Shown one piece after another: positions 9,777 through 21,391 of a DNA stretch of 64,000 bases. Source of the DNA: Tepidisphaera sp. (GTDB lineage: Bacteria; Planctomycetota; Phycisphaerae; Phycisphaerales; UBA1924); NCBI GenBank assembly GCA_050916045.1, contig CP051526.1:544001-608000 (forward strand), given 5' to 3'. A model generated the notes under the pieces. The model ran no database searches. It was not told where the DNA came from and saw only the letters and a program-made list of their open reading frames with translations. Positions within the stretch are counted from its first letter, which is position 1. Every line of letters starts with the position of its first letter. Position numbers and translations under genes: made by a program.

Positions 9777-11288
9777 TCAGCACCCCGCCTCGAACGCCTG
9801 AACGAAGTCGTCGTAGTCGAAGAAGTCCACGAAGTCGTCCCCGTTGAAGTCCGCGGTCTTGCCGGGGGGGCAGGTGCCCGTCTCGAAGCAGTTGACGTAA
9901 TCGTCGTAGTCGAAGAAGTCCAGGAAGTTGTCCCCGTTGAAGTCCGCCGGGCACGGGGCAGAGAAGCTGATGTTCAGCGTGCCCGTTCCTCGAGCCGACA
10001 GGTACCCACCCACGCGGATCCCGTACTCGCGGCCCGCGACGACCGGATAGTTCTCGATCCGCGACTGGAAGCCGCAACCATCGTCATTGCACGTGAGGTA
10101 CGTCGGGCGTCCGATCTGGCACGGCGTGCCGGAGTAGAGCGCGAGCTTGGTGTCAAACCCCGAGCCGCAGGTGTCGATCGTGATCGTCCCGCTTTCCGTC
10201 GCCGTGTACACGTACCACAGATCCCCGTTCACCTGGTTGTCGACGCCGTTGTTCGTGCACTGCGAGAGCAGGGGCCCGTCCGTCGTCGCGAACCGGTTGT
10301 CGAAGGGGTACGAACCCACGGTCACGCCCAGAGCCTCTTCGCACTCGTTGTTCACCGGGCCCAAGTTCAGCTGGAAGTTCCCCGTCGCGTCGTCATACCC
10401 CGACACGCGGATGTAGTAGGTTTCCCCATCCACGGCGTTGACCGTCACCGAGCTGCTACGAGAGCCTGAGCACGCCGTCCCCGCGTCCGCATCGTCATCG
10501 CACGCGATCTGCGTCCCCGTCCCGCTCGGGCAGGAGTTCGTGTCGTAAACCGAAAGGACGGTGTCGTACGACGAGCCGCACGTCGAGATCACGATCGGAC
10601 CCGTCGCGGCCGCGACCCACTTGTACCACACGCTCGGCGTGAACTGGCTGCTCCCGCACGTCGCGTTGCCGTCAAGGCTCGCGTGCGTGGTCGAACCGCG
10701 TTGCACGCCCGGCGTGATCACGCGGGCGAACTGACACCGGTCGTTGCCCGGCCGGAACTGGATGTTGTACCCGCCGCTCATGTCGCCGTACGGGAGGAAC
10801 GCGTTCAGCTCGAGCTTGTACTGCCCGGCCTGGATGTGCACCAGATTCGGAGACTGGCCGCCCACCACGTACCCGTTGGTCACGCGGTTCCGCATCGCAA
10901 GCTCGATGAACCCGCCGGGGGAGTTCAGCGAGTAACCCCCGCCGTACTCCACGTCCAGATCGGTATCCGAGTCGAAATTCACAAGGAGCGTCGCTTCCGC
11001 GTTGCCCGCCTGACCCTGCGACTGCGCGAACGACTGGCCGCTGAACGAGCCAGAGAGAAGCCAGTTCGTCAGGCCCCAGTTGTTGCTCGCCTCAACATGG
11101 CCGCCGTTGCTGAAGTTCTTGGTGGCGCTCAGGGTCGCGCCCGAGGTGCTCGCCGACGTCTGCTGGTTCGTCCCCGAACCGTCGCCGGCCGTCGCCCGGG
11201 CGGCCGCCGAAGCCGAAACCACCGTCACCTGACCAAAAGCCGTGCCCGCCGTCGCCGCCAGAAGAATCGCCGCAGTCATCGTCCGCAT
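9777..11288 (-). CDS. Secreted protein with two Cys-containing PPC-like beta-sandwich repeats and two-repeat dockerin-like tail
   Basis: Signal peptide MRTMTAAILLAATAGTAFG; repeat (V/L)WY...(S/D)TCGS.(Y/F)DT.L..Y...C(D/N)DD...Y.IRV.GY twice; tail CPADFNGDNFLDFFDYDDY...AFEAGC. Confidence 0.85.
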   Translation of the reverse strand: MRTMTAAILLAATAGTAFGQVTVVSASAAARATAGDGSGTNQQTSASTSGATLSATKNFSNGGHVEASNNWGLTNWLLSGSFSGQSFAQSQGQAGNAEATLLVNFDSDTDLDVEYGGGYSLNSPGGFIELAMRNRVTNGYVVGGQSPNLVHIQAGQYKLELNAFLPYGDMSGGYNIQFRPGNDRCQFARVITPGVQRGSTTHASLDGNATCGSSQFTPSVWYKWVAAATGPIVISTCGSSYDTVLSVYDTNSCPSGTGTQIACDDDADAGTACSGSRSSSVTVNAVDGETYYIRVSGYDDATGNFQLNLGPVNNECEEALGVTVGSYPFDNRFATTDGPLLSQCTNNGVDNQVNGDLWYVYTATESGTITIDTCGSGFDTKLALYSGTPCQIGRPTYLTCNDDGCGFQSRIENYPVVAGREYGIRVGGYLSARGTGTLNISFSAPCPADFNGDNFLDFFDYDDYVNCFETGTCPPGKTADFNGDDFVDFFDYDDFVQAFEAGC

Positions 11289-11375
11289 GGGTGCTCTCCG
11301 TGTGTCTCTGAGATCGCAAATCGCGTCCCGTGCACACAGTGGCGAGCACCCGACCCCGTCAAGCTAGTCATTCCG

Positions 11376-11400
11376 GACGAATCTGGACGCCGGGGGTTCC
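11376..11400 (-). promoter_or_regulatory. Putative ECF-sigma promoter upstream of the 11288 gene
   Basis: Minus strand GGAAC-N16-CGTC, matching the general ECF -35/-10 pattern. Confidence 0.35.
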
Positions 11401-11419
11401 CCGTGGGCCGCTGGTCGGA

Positions 11420-13225
11420 CTACTTCTTCTCCCACCACCGCCAGACCGGGCCCCCGTCCGCCGTCAGCTTCTCTCCCTTGATCCCGGCCCGGATCAGCTC
11501 GATCGGGATCGAGTTGTACTGCAGCACGCCGTCGTGGAACGCCTTCTCCGTCATCCCCGGCACCACTTCCGCCTGCAGCGCCCGCATCTGAAGCCCGCCG
11601 ATCATGTACGCGCACTGATAAAGCGGGGAATAGTCGCCCCCGATGTACCGCCGCACCTCGCTCGTCGCTCCAAACCGCTCGTGTCCGACGCGATCAACCA
11701 GGTACGTGATCATCTCTTCCGGCGACATCTCACCCAGGTGGTACTTGAGGCTCACGATGATCCGCGCGCACCGGTGCATCCGCCAGAACAGAATCCCGAT
11801 CTTGTCCATGTTCACGTCGGCACCCATCGCCCCCGCCCAGCCAAGGTCCAGGAACCGGAACTCCCAGTAAAGAGCCCACCCCTCGATCAGGAACGGCGTC
11901 GAGAACTCCTGGCGATACGCACGCACACGCTCCGCGTAGAACCCCTGCAGGTGGTGCCCCGGGATGAGCTCATGCGGCGTCACGTTGTGCGTGAAGTGGC
12001 GGTTGTTGCCGCGGAGCGACATCAGCTTGTCGCCGTGGCTCATCGCGTCCGTCGGATACGACACCCCCATGTACTGCCCGCCGTACACCGCAAACGGCCA
12101 GTTGCGCTGCAGTTCCGGCGTGTGCATCTCGATCCGCCAAGACTCCTCGCAAAGCTCGGGGATCGTGATCAGGTCGCGGTCGCGGAGGAACTTGATCGCC
12201 GCTCGCGATTGGTCGCGGACAAGGGTGTCCTGCGATCCGATCGGAGCGCCGCTCCGCTTCACTTTCGCCAGCGCCGCTTTCCAGTCATCCCCGAACCCCA
12301 AAGCGTTGCTGGCTTTCTTCATCTCCGCTTCGCACCAAGCGAACTCGGACTCGGCCATCTGGACAAACTCTTCCGGCGTCGCCGCGACGTGTTCCGCTTT
12401 GAGGTCCGCGAGCAGCGCTTCGCGTCCGATCGGGTCGCCGATCAGCGGGTCGTCCGGCTTGCCCTTGACGCCGGCGATCTCCTCGCGCATGTACTTGGCG
12501 TAATCGTTCAGAGCCGTCTCGACCTGCGGCTTGATCTCCTTCATCCACCAGGAGAACTCCGGCTTGAACCCCTCGTTGTACTCGCACCAGTCGCGGAACG
12601 CTCCGAGGACACGCTCCGTCGTTCTCGACACGCGGAGCGCAAGCACCGGCGAAACCTTCAGGGCGTCCGGAGCGGCGCCGGCTTTCCGGCCGGCTTCGAC
12701 CGCTTCCTTGGCTTTCTTCACCAAGTCTGCGACCGTGCTGAGCTTCTCCGCCGCCGCGGCACCGTCAAACTCCTCAAGCCGGCGCCGCGACCACTCCAAG
12801 TCCTGGATCGCCCGCCGGAACGGGAGCAGCGGCTCCATCTCGTTCAGTCGGTCACGGTCCAGCTTCAGCCGCGCCAGCCGATTCTCCAGCGAGTTCCGAA
12901 GCAGGATGTAGTCGATCTTCCCCTGCTGCCCCAAGCTCTCAAAGTTCACCTTCTTCAGCGACGCTTGCCATTGCTCGACAAACGCCTGCTGCCGATCAAA
13001 CCGCTCCTCCGACCACGCCACCCCGTGAAACCGCGACACGTACCGGTCGTCGGTCGTGAAAAGCTCGATCATCGCCCGCAGGTCCGGGCCGTCGCTTGCC
13101 GGAACGGCGATCGTGCCCAGAGGACCAGCAGTCTCTGACTGCGCCGCGGGTTGATCGGCGAACGCGGTGCCGCACGCGAACGCGAGCACGGCGGGAAGGA
13201 ACAGAAAGCTATTGTGGATTCGCAT
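11420..13225 (-). CDS. DUF885-family secreted protein (putative zinc metallopeptidase)
   Basis: Signal peptide; HELIPGHHLQ, FLIEGWALYWE, EVRRY, AYMIGGL, FHDGVL motifs characteristic of DUF885. Confidence 0.85.
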   Translation of the reverse strand: MRIHNSFLFLPAVLAFACGTAFADQPAAQSETAGPLGTIAVPASDGPDLRAMIELFTTDDRYVSRFHGVAWSEERFDRQQAFVEQWQASLKKVNFESLGQQGKIDYILLRNSLENRLARLKLDRDRLNEMEPLLPFRRAIQDLEWSRRRLEEFDGAAAAEKLSTVADLVKKAKEAVEAGRKAGAAPDALKVSPVLALRVSRTTERVLGAFRDWCEYNEGFKPEFSWWMKEIKPQVETALNDYAKYMREEIAGVKGKPDDPLIGDPIGREALLADLKAEHVAATPEEFVQMAESEFAWCEAEMKKASNALGFGDDWKAALAKVKRSGAPIGSQDTLVRDQSRAAIKFLRDRDLITIPELCEESWRIEMHTPELQRNWPFAVYGGQYMGVSYPTDAMSHGDKLMSLRGNNRHFTHNVTPHELIPGHHLQGFYAERVRAYRQEFSTPFLIEGWALYWEFRFLDLGWAGAMGADVNMDKIGILFWRMHRCARIIVSLKYHLGEMSPEEMITYLVDRVGHERFGATSEVRRYIGGDYSPLYQCAYMIGGLQMRALQAEVVPGMTEKAFHDGVLQYNSIPIELIRAGIKGEKLTADGGPVWRWWEKK

Positions 13226-13257
13226 GGTTTCACCAAGTTTCGACAGCAGGAGGAAAG

Positions 13258-14244
13258 CTACTTCGCCACGGGCTTCTGGCGCTCGAAGGTCATCTCCGTC
13301 ACGACTTTCTGCTTCATCTTGAACGGCTCGGGCCCGTCACGGAGCGTCATCTCAAGGTTGGCTTCGGCTTTCATCGAGGAATGCAGCGGCATCGGCGAAT
13401 CCGAAGTCAGCCGGACCTTGCCGCTGCCGGCACCGACGAGAGACTCAAGCGTGATGTCCGATTTGGGAGCGCCCTCGGGCAGCTTGATCTTCTGAGACGC
13501 CGCGCTCTGCGACATCGTCACATCGCACACGACTTCGTCCGCCGTCATGGACCTGATGGTGTAGATCGCGGTGATCTCTTGCGTGAATCCGCCGATCCGG
13601 GGCTTCTGAAGCACGCTCCATCTGGCGCCCACGCCGACCTCCTCCTCAGGCACCGGCAGCGAAGCTTGACGGATCGACTGGTTCATCGAATCCAAGAGCT
13701 GCGCCATCGAAGGCTCCAGGTTGTCGCCCCCGAACTTGCCTTCTTTCACGATGCCGCGGTTGGTCGCGACGACCGTGCCTTTCATGCCTCCGGCTTGCTT
13801 CATCGCCGCGTTGATCATCTCAATCCGTTGGGGTTCCACGCCCTCTTCCGCGACCGCTTCAAACTTCTCGAAGACCGCCGTGTAGTGGATGTCCCCCGAA
13901 TCGTCCACCTTGTCGATGACGACTTTCATCGGCACCCTGATCGCCGGAGATTTGCCCGCATCCGGCATCGGCATCTCCTCGCCGCTCTCCTTCTTGAGCG
14001 AGATCGTCATGTTCATGCGGATCAGGATTTCCCAGGACATTTCCGAACCCGCCGTGGGCGTGAAGCGGAGGCGCCGCCGACCCTCCGGCGTGCCGGGCTC
14101 GAGAAGCTTGATGACCGGCTGATCCACCAATGCGGGTGCCTTCGCCGCCTCCGCCGGCGGTCCGGAAGGGACTTTGGTCTCCGGCTGGACCGCATGGATG
14201 CGGCCCGCGATCGCGAGGGTGAAAATCAGTGCCTGACGCCACAT
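13258..14244 (-). CDS. Secreted hypothetical protein (resembles DUF6263-type beta-rich proteins)
   Basis: Signal peptide; IKLLEPG...RRLRF and PVPEEEVGVGARW motifs; GAGGAG RBS; family assignment tentative. Confidence 0.7.
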   Translation of the reverse strand: MWRQALIFTLAIAGRIHAVQPETKVPSGPPAEAAKAPALVDQPVIKLLEPGTPEGRRRLRFTPTAGSEMSWEILIRMNMTISLKKESGEEMPMPDAGKSPAIRVPMKVVIDKVDDSGDIHYTAVFEKFEAVAEEGVEPQRIEMINAAMKQAGGMKGTVVATNRGIVKEGKFGGDNLEPSMAQLLDSMNQSIRQASLPVPEEEVGVGARWSVLQKPRIGGFTQEITAIYTIRSMTADEVVCDVTMSQSAASQKIKLPEGAPKSDITLESLVGAGSGKVRLTSDSPMPLHSSMKAEANLEMTLRDGPEPFKMKQKVVTEMTFERQKPVAK

Positions 14245-14338
14245 CGTTCGATCTCCTCATGCCGGATGCCCAAGGGGCGATCTGGGCTGGGCAGTGTACC
14301 ACCTGCCTATGGCGATCCCCTAGAATCGCCACCCACGG

Positions 14339-14412
14339 GTCCCGGTAGCTCAGCTGGATAGAGCAGCCGCCTTCTAAGCGGCAGGTCGTGCGTTCGAGTC
14401 GCACCCGGGACG
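14339..14412 (+). tRNA. tRNA-Arg (anticodon TCT)
   Basis: Acceptor GTCCCGG/CCGGGAC, D arm AGCTCAGCTGGATAGAGC, anticodon arm GCCGC-CTTCTAA-GCGGC, T arm GTGCG-TTCGAGT-CGCAC; CCA not encoded. Confidence 0.96.
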
Positions 14413-14510
14413 CTTTCCTCCAAAGCACACCCAAACCCAAGCCCTTCGAGGAGTCTCTCGCGCCGCACGACGACGTTCAGCCCCCCGGCCCGTCGCTCCA
14501 GTCGCTCCAC

Positions 14511-14777
14511 TTGGGCCTGCTCGTCGCTTCCGCCGCGATGGGCGCGGCGTCGCTCGTGCTCCAGAATGTGACGATCGCCGGCGCGGACCCGTCCAGGGAC
14601 GACCGAGTCCGTCAGTTTGCCGCGATCGTCGCCGGCATCGGCTTTCTCTTCGCGATCGCCTGGGCGATCGCGGGCCTTGGAGGACGAACCAAGCGATCCG
14701 CCGCCGCCTGGACTTGGTCGATCGCAGTCTTGGGAGCCGCCGCTGCAGTCCTGGCCTTGAGCTTGATGGGGCATTGA
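14511..14777 (+). CDS. Small hypothetical membrane protein (about 3 TM); start uncertain
   Basis: Three hydrophobic segments in the 14388-14777 frame; the track's start lies inside the tRNA, so TTG 14511 or ATG 14538 is more plausible. Confidence 0.4.
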   Translation: MGLLVASAAMGAASLVLQNVTIAGADPSRDDRVRQFAAIVAGIGFLFAIAWAIAGLGGRTKRSAAAWTWSIAVLGAAAAVLALSLMGH

Positions 14778-14894
14778 GCTGGACGGAAATTCAGACTGGT
14801 GGACGTGTCCAGACCCCTGAATCCAAGAGTGGGGGGCCTTCGCCCGTGGGCAAGCAGCCCTGTCGGCCAGGCGAGATTCCGAATCCAAAACGAA

Positions 14895-14920
14895 AACACC
14901 CGCGATTTCTCGCGGGTGTT
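14895..14920 (-). terminator. Intrinsic terminator of the 16S rRNA transcript
   Basis: AACACCCGCGA-tttc-TCGCGGGTGTT 11-bp stem followed on the minus strand by TTCGTTTT. Confidence 0.8.
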
Positions 14921-15117
14921 CCGGGCCTTCGGCCATGGATCAGAAACAGTTGGGAGAATTTTGATCATCCGTCACCGGATGTTTGTCCTAGGCCTCGCGG
15001 CTTTCGGACGAGAGTGTGTTGACCTGTCCTGCTGAAGATCTCTCTTCTGGGCCGGCCTGTCGGGGTTGGGCTTCACGCCGTCCCGATGCAAACCGAACCC
15101 GCAGGTCCAAGGAAATC

Positions 15118-16605
<1,488 letters not shown>

Positions 16606-17049
16606 ATTTTGTTGATCCGTGTCCCCTTGCGGGAAACCCGGCAAACTTCAGCTGAATGACCATGTATAACCCTCACTTGCGTGAGGGCGGTCACGATCGG
16701 TCTTGCGACCGACCGCCCGTGAGAGCGGCTGGCTCTCACGGTAATTCTTGAACATCTTCATCCACAACCTCCGGGGGGGAGGAGTGGATGTTTTCCACAC
16801 GATTTCAAGTGAATCAGGGCTGTGAATCCCCGATTGACCAACCGGTCCTCACCCTTGCGGGTGGGCCGGGGATCATCAACCACGACTGTTCCGGTCAGAA
16901 CGCCAAGGCCTACTCCCTTGCGGGCGTGGCGACCTTGGATGTCGCGGTTGCACACTCTCGTGTTTCTCCCAACTGTTCAGATTTCAAAGAGTTGTCGACT
17001 CGCCGGCCCTTGCGGCCGTCGTGTCGTCCCCGCTCGGAGCAGGGAGAGA

Positions 17050-17077
17050 AGCATACTCCGCACCCCGGCCGCGTCAA
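17050..17077 (-). promoter_or_regulatory. Sigma70-type rRNA promoter
   Basis: TTGACG-N16-TATGCT on the minus strand, about 450 nt upstream of the 16S; boxA-like AACTCTTTGAAA at 16982-16993. Confidence 0.7.
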
Positions 17078-17228
17078 GCGTTCGGCGTGAGTGATTTCGC
17101 GTTTTCTTCCCCGAGCCCGCCCCATCCCCAGATTCTTCAAAGATTTGCGCGCTTTCGACCCTTTTTACCCCCCTCCGACACCTCCGCCGCTCACCGGTTT
17201 GGGCGGATCCAATCCGTTCAGAATCCTA

Positions 17229-18233
17229 TCAGACTGCTCCATCCTCGGCCCACGCCAGCGGCCTTCGCCGTGAGGAAGCCACACCCGCCACCGCCGACCA
17301 GATCTCAAGCTCCCCGCCAGGCAGCTTCCACCCCCGCCGCAGCGTTCCGCACGCTTCCAGCATCGTCGCTCCCGTCGTCCTGACATCATCCAGCACGATC
17401 GCCACGCGGATCCCCTCCGGTAAACCAAGCCGGCACACAAAGCTCCCCTTCACGTTCCTCCGCCGCTCCGACGCCGACACCGCCAACTGCGAGGGGCGAA
17501 GCTTGCGGCCCAAGGCGTGCACCACCGGCACGCCGCACACCTGCGAAGCCGATCTCGCCAAGACCTGCGTGTGGTCGATGCCGCGCCACACCCGTCGCCA
17601 GAACGAGGATGAGATCGGCACGATGCAGCACTCCGCCCGCTCGACGCCCGCCCGGTCGAGCTCGCCCGCGAGAGCCGCTCCGAGCATGCTCCCGATTTCC
17701 CTTCCCACGGGGCGCCAGCGGCGGAACTTGAGCTCGTGCACGGCCCGGCGAAGCAGCCCGTAATAGTCACCAAGGCGCACGCACCTCGTCCACGGCAGCC
17801 GTTTGCGCTCGCACGCGGGGCATCCGGAGGTTCCGGCATCGCCGGCTTCGGGAATCGCAAGCTCGTACAAGCCCACGCGAGATCCGCAGCGGGGGCAGTA
17901 CGTCCCGTTCGAATCGGGAGCCCATCCGTGCTTGCGAGCCCGCTCGATGAACCCTTGCGAGGTGAGCCCAAGCCAGTATCGCTCGACTTGGTCGAGCCAG
18001 CCCGCAGACGGCGTCGGTTGGGGCGAGGGATCAAGCCCGACAAGCTCGGCCGGAACGTCGACGTAGGTGCGATCTGGATCCCGCGACGATCCGGGGATCT
18101 TCCACCGGATCGAGTCCTGAGCTTCGACGGGCTTGGGGGGCCAGACGAGTCGGTCCGGCGAACGACCTGATCCCGCGTTCATGTCACGCGGATCGGTCGG
18201 ATTCGCATCAGGGGATGGCGGACTTCCAGACAC
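17229..18233 (-). CDS. comF: ComF-family phosphoribosyltransferase-like protein with zinc ribbon
   Basis: CPRCG...CPAC, LRRAVHELKF, RRRNVKGSF, IVLDDVRTTGATM (PRPP loop). Start uncertain (GTG 18233 or ATG 18182). Confidence 0.85.
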   Translation of the reverse strand: MSGSPPSPDANPTDPRDMNAGSGRSPDRLVWPPKPVEAQDSIRWKIPGSSRDPDRTYVDVPAELVGLDPSPQPTPSAGWLDQVERYWLGLTSQGFIERARKHGWAPDSNGTYCPRCGSRVGLYELAIPEAGDAGTSGCPACERKRLPWTRCVRLGDYYGLLRRAVHELKFRRWRPVGREIGSMLGAALAGELDRAGVERAECCIVPISSSFWRRVWRGIDHTQVLARSASQVCGVPVVHALGRKLRPSQLAVSASERRRNVKGSFVCRLGLPEGIRVAIVLDDVRTTGATMLEACGTLRRGWKLPGGELEIWSAVAGVASSRRRPLAWAEDGAV

Positions 18234-18362
18234 AAAGGCCCCGCCGGCCGTGTGTTGAACCGACGGGGCGAGAGGAGGACTGGGCTGGTGGCCGCGGCTT
18301 GGTCAAGCGGGCGACCGATCTCTCGCTGACACCAGTGTATACGGATTCAGGTGTATCAGGAT

Positions 18363-19820
18363 TCAGCGAGCGGAGGGTGCTCTTGAAATCACAACCTGTC
18401 CCTGGCGGTCTCCCCGAATCACGTGGAGTTTGATGCCGCGGTTGAGATCTCCGCGGCCCATCGCGGCCGAGAACTCCTCGGCGGTCTCCACATCCTCGCC
18501 GTTGACCCGCAGGATGATGTCGTCCTTCTCAAGCTTGGCCGCTTCCGCCAAGCCGCCCGTGCGGACTTCGGTCACGACGACGCCTTTGATGCCGCGGTAG
18601 CCCATGCTCCGAGCTTCCCGCTCGGGTAGCGCACGAACCGTCATGCCGACGTCGGCTTGCTGAAGAGCTTCGAGGTCGCCGATCTTGATCGCGACCTTGG
18701 CGGGCTTGCCGTCGCGCAGGACCTCGAATTCGGCGGTGGTACCCGGCTCGGTGAGCGCGATCGCGGCCCGGAGAGTTGAGAGAGCGGTCATCGGCCGGTT
18801 CTGATAGCGGGTGACGATGTCGCCGGGCTTCAGGCCCGCGTCGGCGGGGCTGCCGTTCACGACTTCGCGGATGAGCACGCCCGAGTTGGGAGCGACACCC
18901 GCGTCCAAAGCGTCGCTTCCGAGCAGGTCGGTGAAGCCGGCTCCGATCCAGCCTCGGACCACCCGGCCGTTCTTGATGATGGCGTCCATGACGGCGGAGG
19001 CGATGTTCGCGGGGATGGCAAACCCGATGCCCTCGCTGCCCCCGGCTTTGCTCGCGATGGCGGAGTTGATGCCGACGATCTTGCCCTCCAGGCTGAGAAG
19101 CGGGCCGCCCGAGTTGCCCGGGTTGATCGACGCGTCCGTCTGGATGAAGTCCTTGTACGCTTCCTCGGAAAGCTCGCGAAGGGGAACATCCGCGCGGCTC
19201 TTCGCGGACACGATCCCCGCGGTCACGGTGTTCGCGAACCCGAAGGGCGAACCCACCGCGACGACCCATTCGCCGACCTCAAGCGTGTCCGAGTCCGCGA
19301 ATTTCAGCGGCGTCAGGCCCTTCACATTGATCTTGAGCACCGCCAGATCGGTGAGCACGTCGCGTCCCACGATCGTCCCCGTGACCACGCGCCCGTCGCG
19401 CAGGTGCACGTCGATCAGATCAGCGATCGCGACGACGTGGTTGTTCGTCAAGATCAGGCCGTCCTCGGACACGATCGCCCCCGAGCCGAGCCCGGCGTTG
19501 ACGATCCGTGTCCGGCCGGTCGGCCGACGCTCGAAGAAGCCGACCTGCTCGTACTCCGGCTGACGCTTCTTCGCGACGATGTGGACCACCGCCGGCTCGA
19601 CCTTCTTCGCGACATCCTTGAACGCTTTGGACAAGCCGCGAGCGATCGACAGAGCGTCCGTCTCGGTCATCGACTCGGGCTGGGCCTCCGGGGCGTGGTC
19701 CGCTGATCCGCTCGCGACCGCGTGGGGAATTCCGCCGCACATACCCGCGACCGCCACCATCCAAACCGCTAGCGTCGATTCGCCGAACGTCGACCTGCCG
19801 AATCTCGATCTGCCGAACAT
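18363..19820 (-). CDS. DegP/HtrA-family serine protease with two PDZ domains
   Basis: LGSGAIV, LTNNHVV, DLAVLKI, FIQTDASINPGNSGGPL, GIGFAIP and two PDZ-like repeats. Confidence 0.95.
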   Translation of the reverse strand: MFGRSRFGRSTFGESTLAVWMVAVAGMCGGIPHAVASGSADHAPEAQPESMTETDALSIARGLSKAFKDVAKKVEPAVVHIVAKKRQPEYEQVGFFERRPTGRTRIVNAGLGSGAIVSEDGLILTNNHVVAIADLIDVHLRDGRVVTGTIVGRDVLTDLAVLKINVKGLTPLKFADSDTLEVGEWVVAVGSPFGFANTVTAGIVSAKSRADVPLRELSEEAYKDFIQTDASINPGNSGGPLLSLEGKIVGINSAIASKAGGSEGIGFAIPANIASAVMDAIIKNGRVVRGWIGAGFTDLLGSDALDAGVAPNSGVLIREVVNGSPADAGLKPGDIVTRYQNRPMTALSTLRAAIALTEPGTTAEFEVLRDGKPAKVAIKIGDLEALQQADVGMTVRALPEREARSMGYRGIKGVVVTEVRTGGLAEAAKLEKDDIILRVNGEDVETAEEFSAAMGRGDLNRGIKLHVIRGDRQGQVVISRAPSAR

Positions 19821-19879
19821 GGGTGTCTCCAAAAGGGGCGCCGTGTCGCGCCGGAAGTCGAATGAAGTCTCAGGATTAA

Positions 19880-19903
19880 AACGAACTCGCCCTCGGGCGG
19901 TTC
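19880..19903 (-). promoter_or_regulatory. Putative ECF-sigma promoter of the degP-like gene
   Basis: Minus strand GAAC-N16-CGTT; degP genes are commonly ECF-controlled. Confidence 0.35.
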
Positions 19904-19985
19904 GCCAATCGCAAGGATGCGCGCAAGAAATCCTTCCGTCATGCTTGCAAAGTGCAAACAGAATACAAACCGCACCGCGTTTGCC

Positions 19986-20693
19986 TCACGTCCCGCGCTT
20001 GTTCCCGAACAGATCAAGGTGCAATCGGCGGCAGAGGCGCCATCCCCGGGCCGTGCAGATCTCGACGAGCCAGTTCAGCGTGCCCGGCGCCGGCGGAGCG
20101 ATCCCCTCGGGCATGAGCAGAACGTCGTCGGGCCGAAAGCCGCTCAGTGAGCCAAGCACCGATTCGAGTTCGGGAATGTCGGCTTGGCCTTTCACGACGA
20201 ACTTCAGTTGGTGATCGCCGGGCTCGTTCAGCAGAGCTTGGAGCGCCGCGAAGTTCAGCCGGCGCTCCTCGTGCACCTTGGCCCAGTGGCCGGTGGGGTC
20301 GCGCGGGTCGTTCCTCGGCGTGCTGTGCGAGAGCTTGGGGCTGATCGACCAGAGGTCGCAAGCGACGGTTCGATGCACCGTGCCGGCGGTCTCGATCGTG
20401 ATGTGGAAGCCCTCGGCGCGAAGGCTCGCGGCGAGCGGTTCGATCTCGCCGAAGATCATCGGTTCGCCGCCGGTGAGCACGGCGTGTTTGACGCCGCTTA
20501 ACTTCGCGTGCTCGACCAGCCAGTCGATCGGTCGGCGATCGATTTCCGGGTTCCAGCTCGCGTACGGCGTGTCGCACCACCCGCACCGCAGGTTGCAGCC
20601 GCTGGTGCGGATGAAGAAAGACGGGACGCCCGTGAGCTTGCCCTCGCCCTGGATGGAGGTGAAGGTCTCGGAGATCGGGAGCCAGTCCTTCAT
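19986..20693 (-). CDS. queE: 7-carboxy-7-deazaguanine synthase (radical SAM)
   Basis: ISETFTSIQGEG, FIRTSGCNLRCGWCDTPY, LTGGEP, IETAG, SISPK; ATG 20693 overlaps the queC stop. Confidence 0.93.
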   Translation of the reverse strand: MKDWLPISETFTSIQGEGKLTGVPSFFIRTSGCNLRCGWCDTPYASWNPEIDRRPIDWLVEHAKLSGVKHAVLTGGEPMIFGEIEPLAASLRAEGFHITIETAGTVHRTVACDLWSISPKLSHSTPRNDPRDPTGHWAKVHEERRLNFAALQALLNEPGDHQLKFVVKGQADIPELESVLGSLSGFRPDDVLLMPEGIAPPAPGTLNWLVEICTARGWRLCRRLHLDLFGNKRGT

Positions 20694-21391
20694 CGCTGGC
20701 TCCGCATGTAGCGGGTCGGGTCGGAGATTCCGGCGTCGGCGAAGCCTTTGATGCGGATCTGGCAGCTGTCGCAGTGGCCGCAGGATTCGCCCGACGCGCT
20801 GGGGTCGTAACAGCTTGAAGTCAGGCTGTAATCCACGCCGAGCGAGACGCCGAGCCGGATGATCTCGGGCTTGGTCATGCGGATGATCGGCGTGAGGACG
20901 CGGAGCGGGCGTCCCTCGACGCCAGCTTTGGTGCCGAGATTGATCGTGCGTTGCACGCTCTCGATGAATTCCGGCCTGCAGTCGGGGTAGCCGGAGTAGT
21001 CGACGGCGTTGACGCCGGTGTAGAGGGCTTCGGCTCCCACGACCTCGGCGAGGCCTGAGGCGATCGCGAGGAAGGTCAGGTTTCGCGCCGGGACGTACGT
21101 GATCGGAATGCCGTGCGAGAGGTCGTGGTCCGAGCGGTCCTTGGGGACGTCGATGTCGGCGGTCAGGGCCGAGCCGCCGATCTGACGCAGACCCAGCGTG
21201 ACCACGCGGAGCGAAGCCGCGCCGAGATGGTCCGCGACCCGCTTGGCGCACGAAAGCTCGTGCTTGTGCCGCTGGCCGTAGTCGAACGCGATCGCGTGCG
21301 ATGCAAACCCGTCGCGGCGGGCGATGGCGAGCACGGTCGCGCTGTCGAGGCCGCCGGAAAGCAGGACCACGGCTTGCGGAAGCGCGGTCAT
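20690..21391 (-). CDS. queC: 7-cyano-7-deazaguanine synthase
   Basis: VVLLSGGLDS, FDYGQRH, TYVPARNLTFL, DYSGYPDCRPEF, SCY...CGHCDSC. Confidence 0.96.
   Translation of the reverse strand: MTALPQAVVLLSGGLDSATVLAIARRDGFASHAIAFDYGQRHKHELSCAKRVADHLGAASLRVVTLGLRQIGGSALTADIDVPKDRSDHDLSHGIPITYVPARNLTFLAIASGLAEVVGAEALYTGVNAVDYSGYPDCRPEFIESVQRTINLGTKAGVEGRPLRVLTPIIRMTKPEIIRLGVSLGVDYSLTSSCYDPSASGESCGHCDSCQIRIKGFADAGISDPTRYMRSQR

Noticed and set aside
14339..14900. tRNA-Arg (and tRNA-Gly at 48202-48273) as island integration sites
   Set aside because: No integrase and no duplicated tRNA 3' end noticed in the window.
19986..21391. 7-deazaguanine DNA modification (dpd) island
   Set aside because: No dpdA/tgt-like gene nearby; linkage to trmB points to ordinary tRNA modification.
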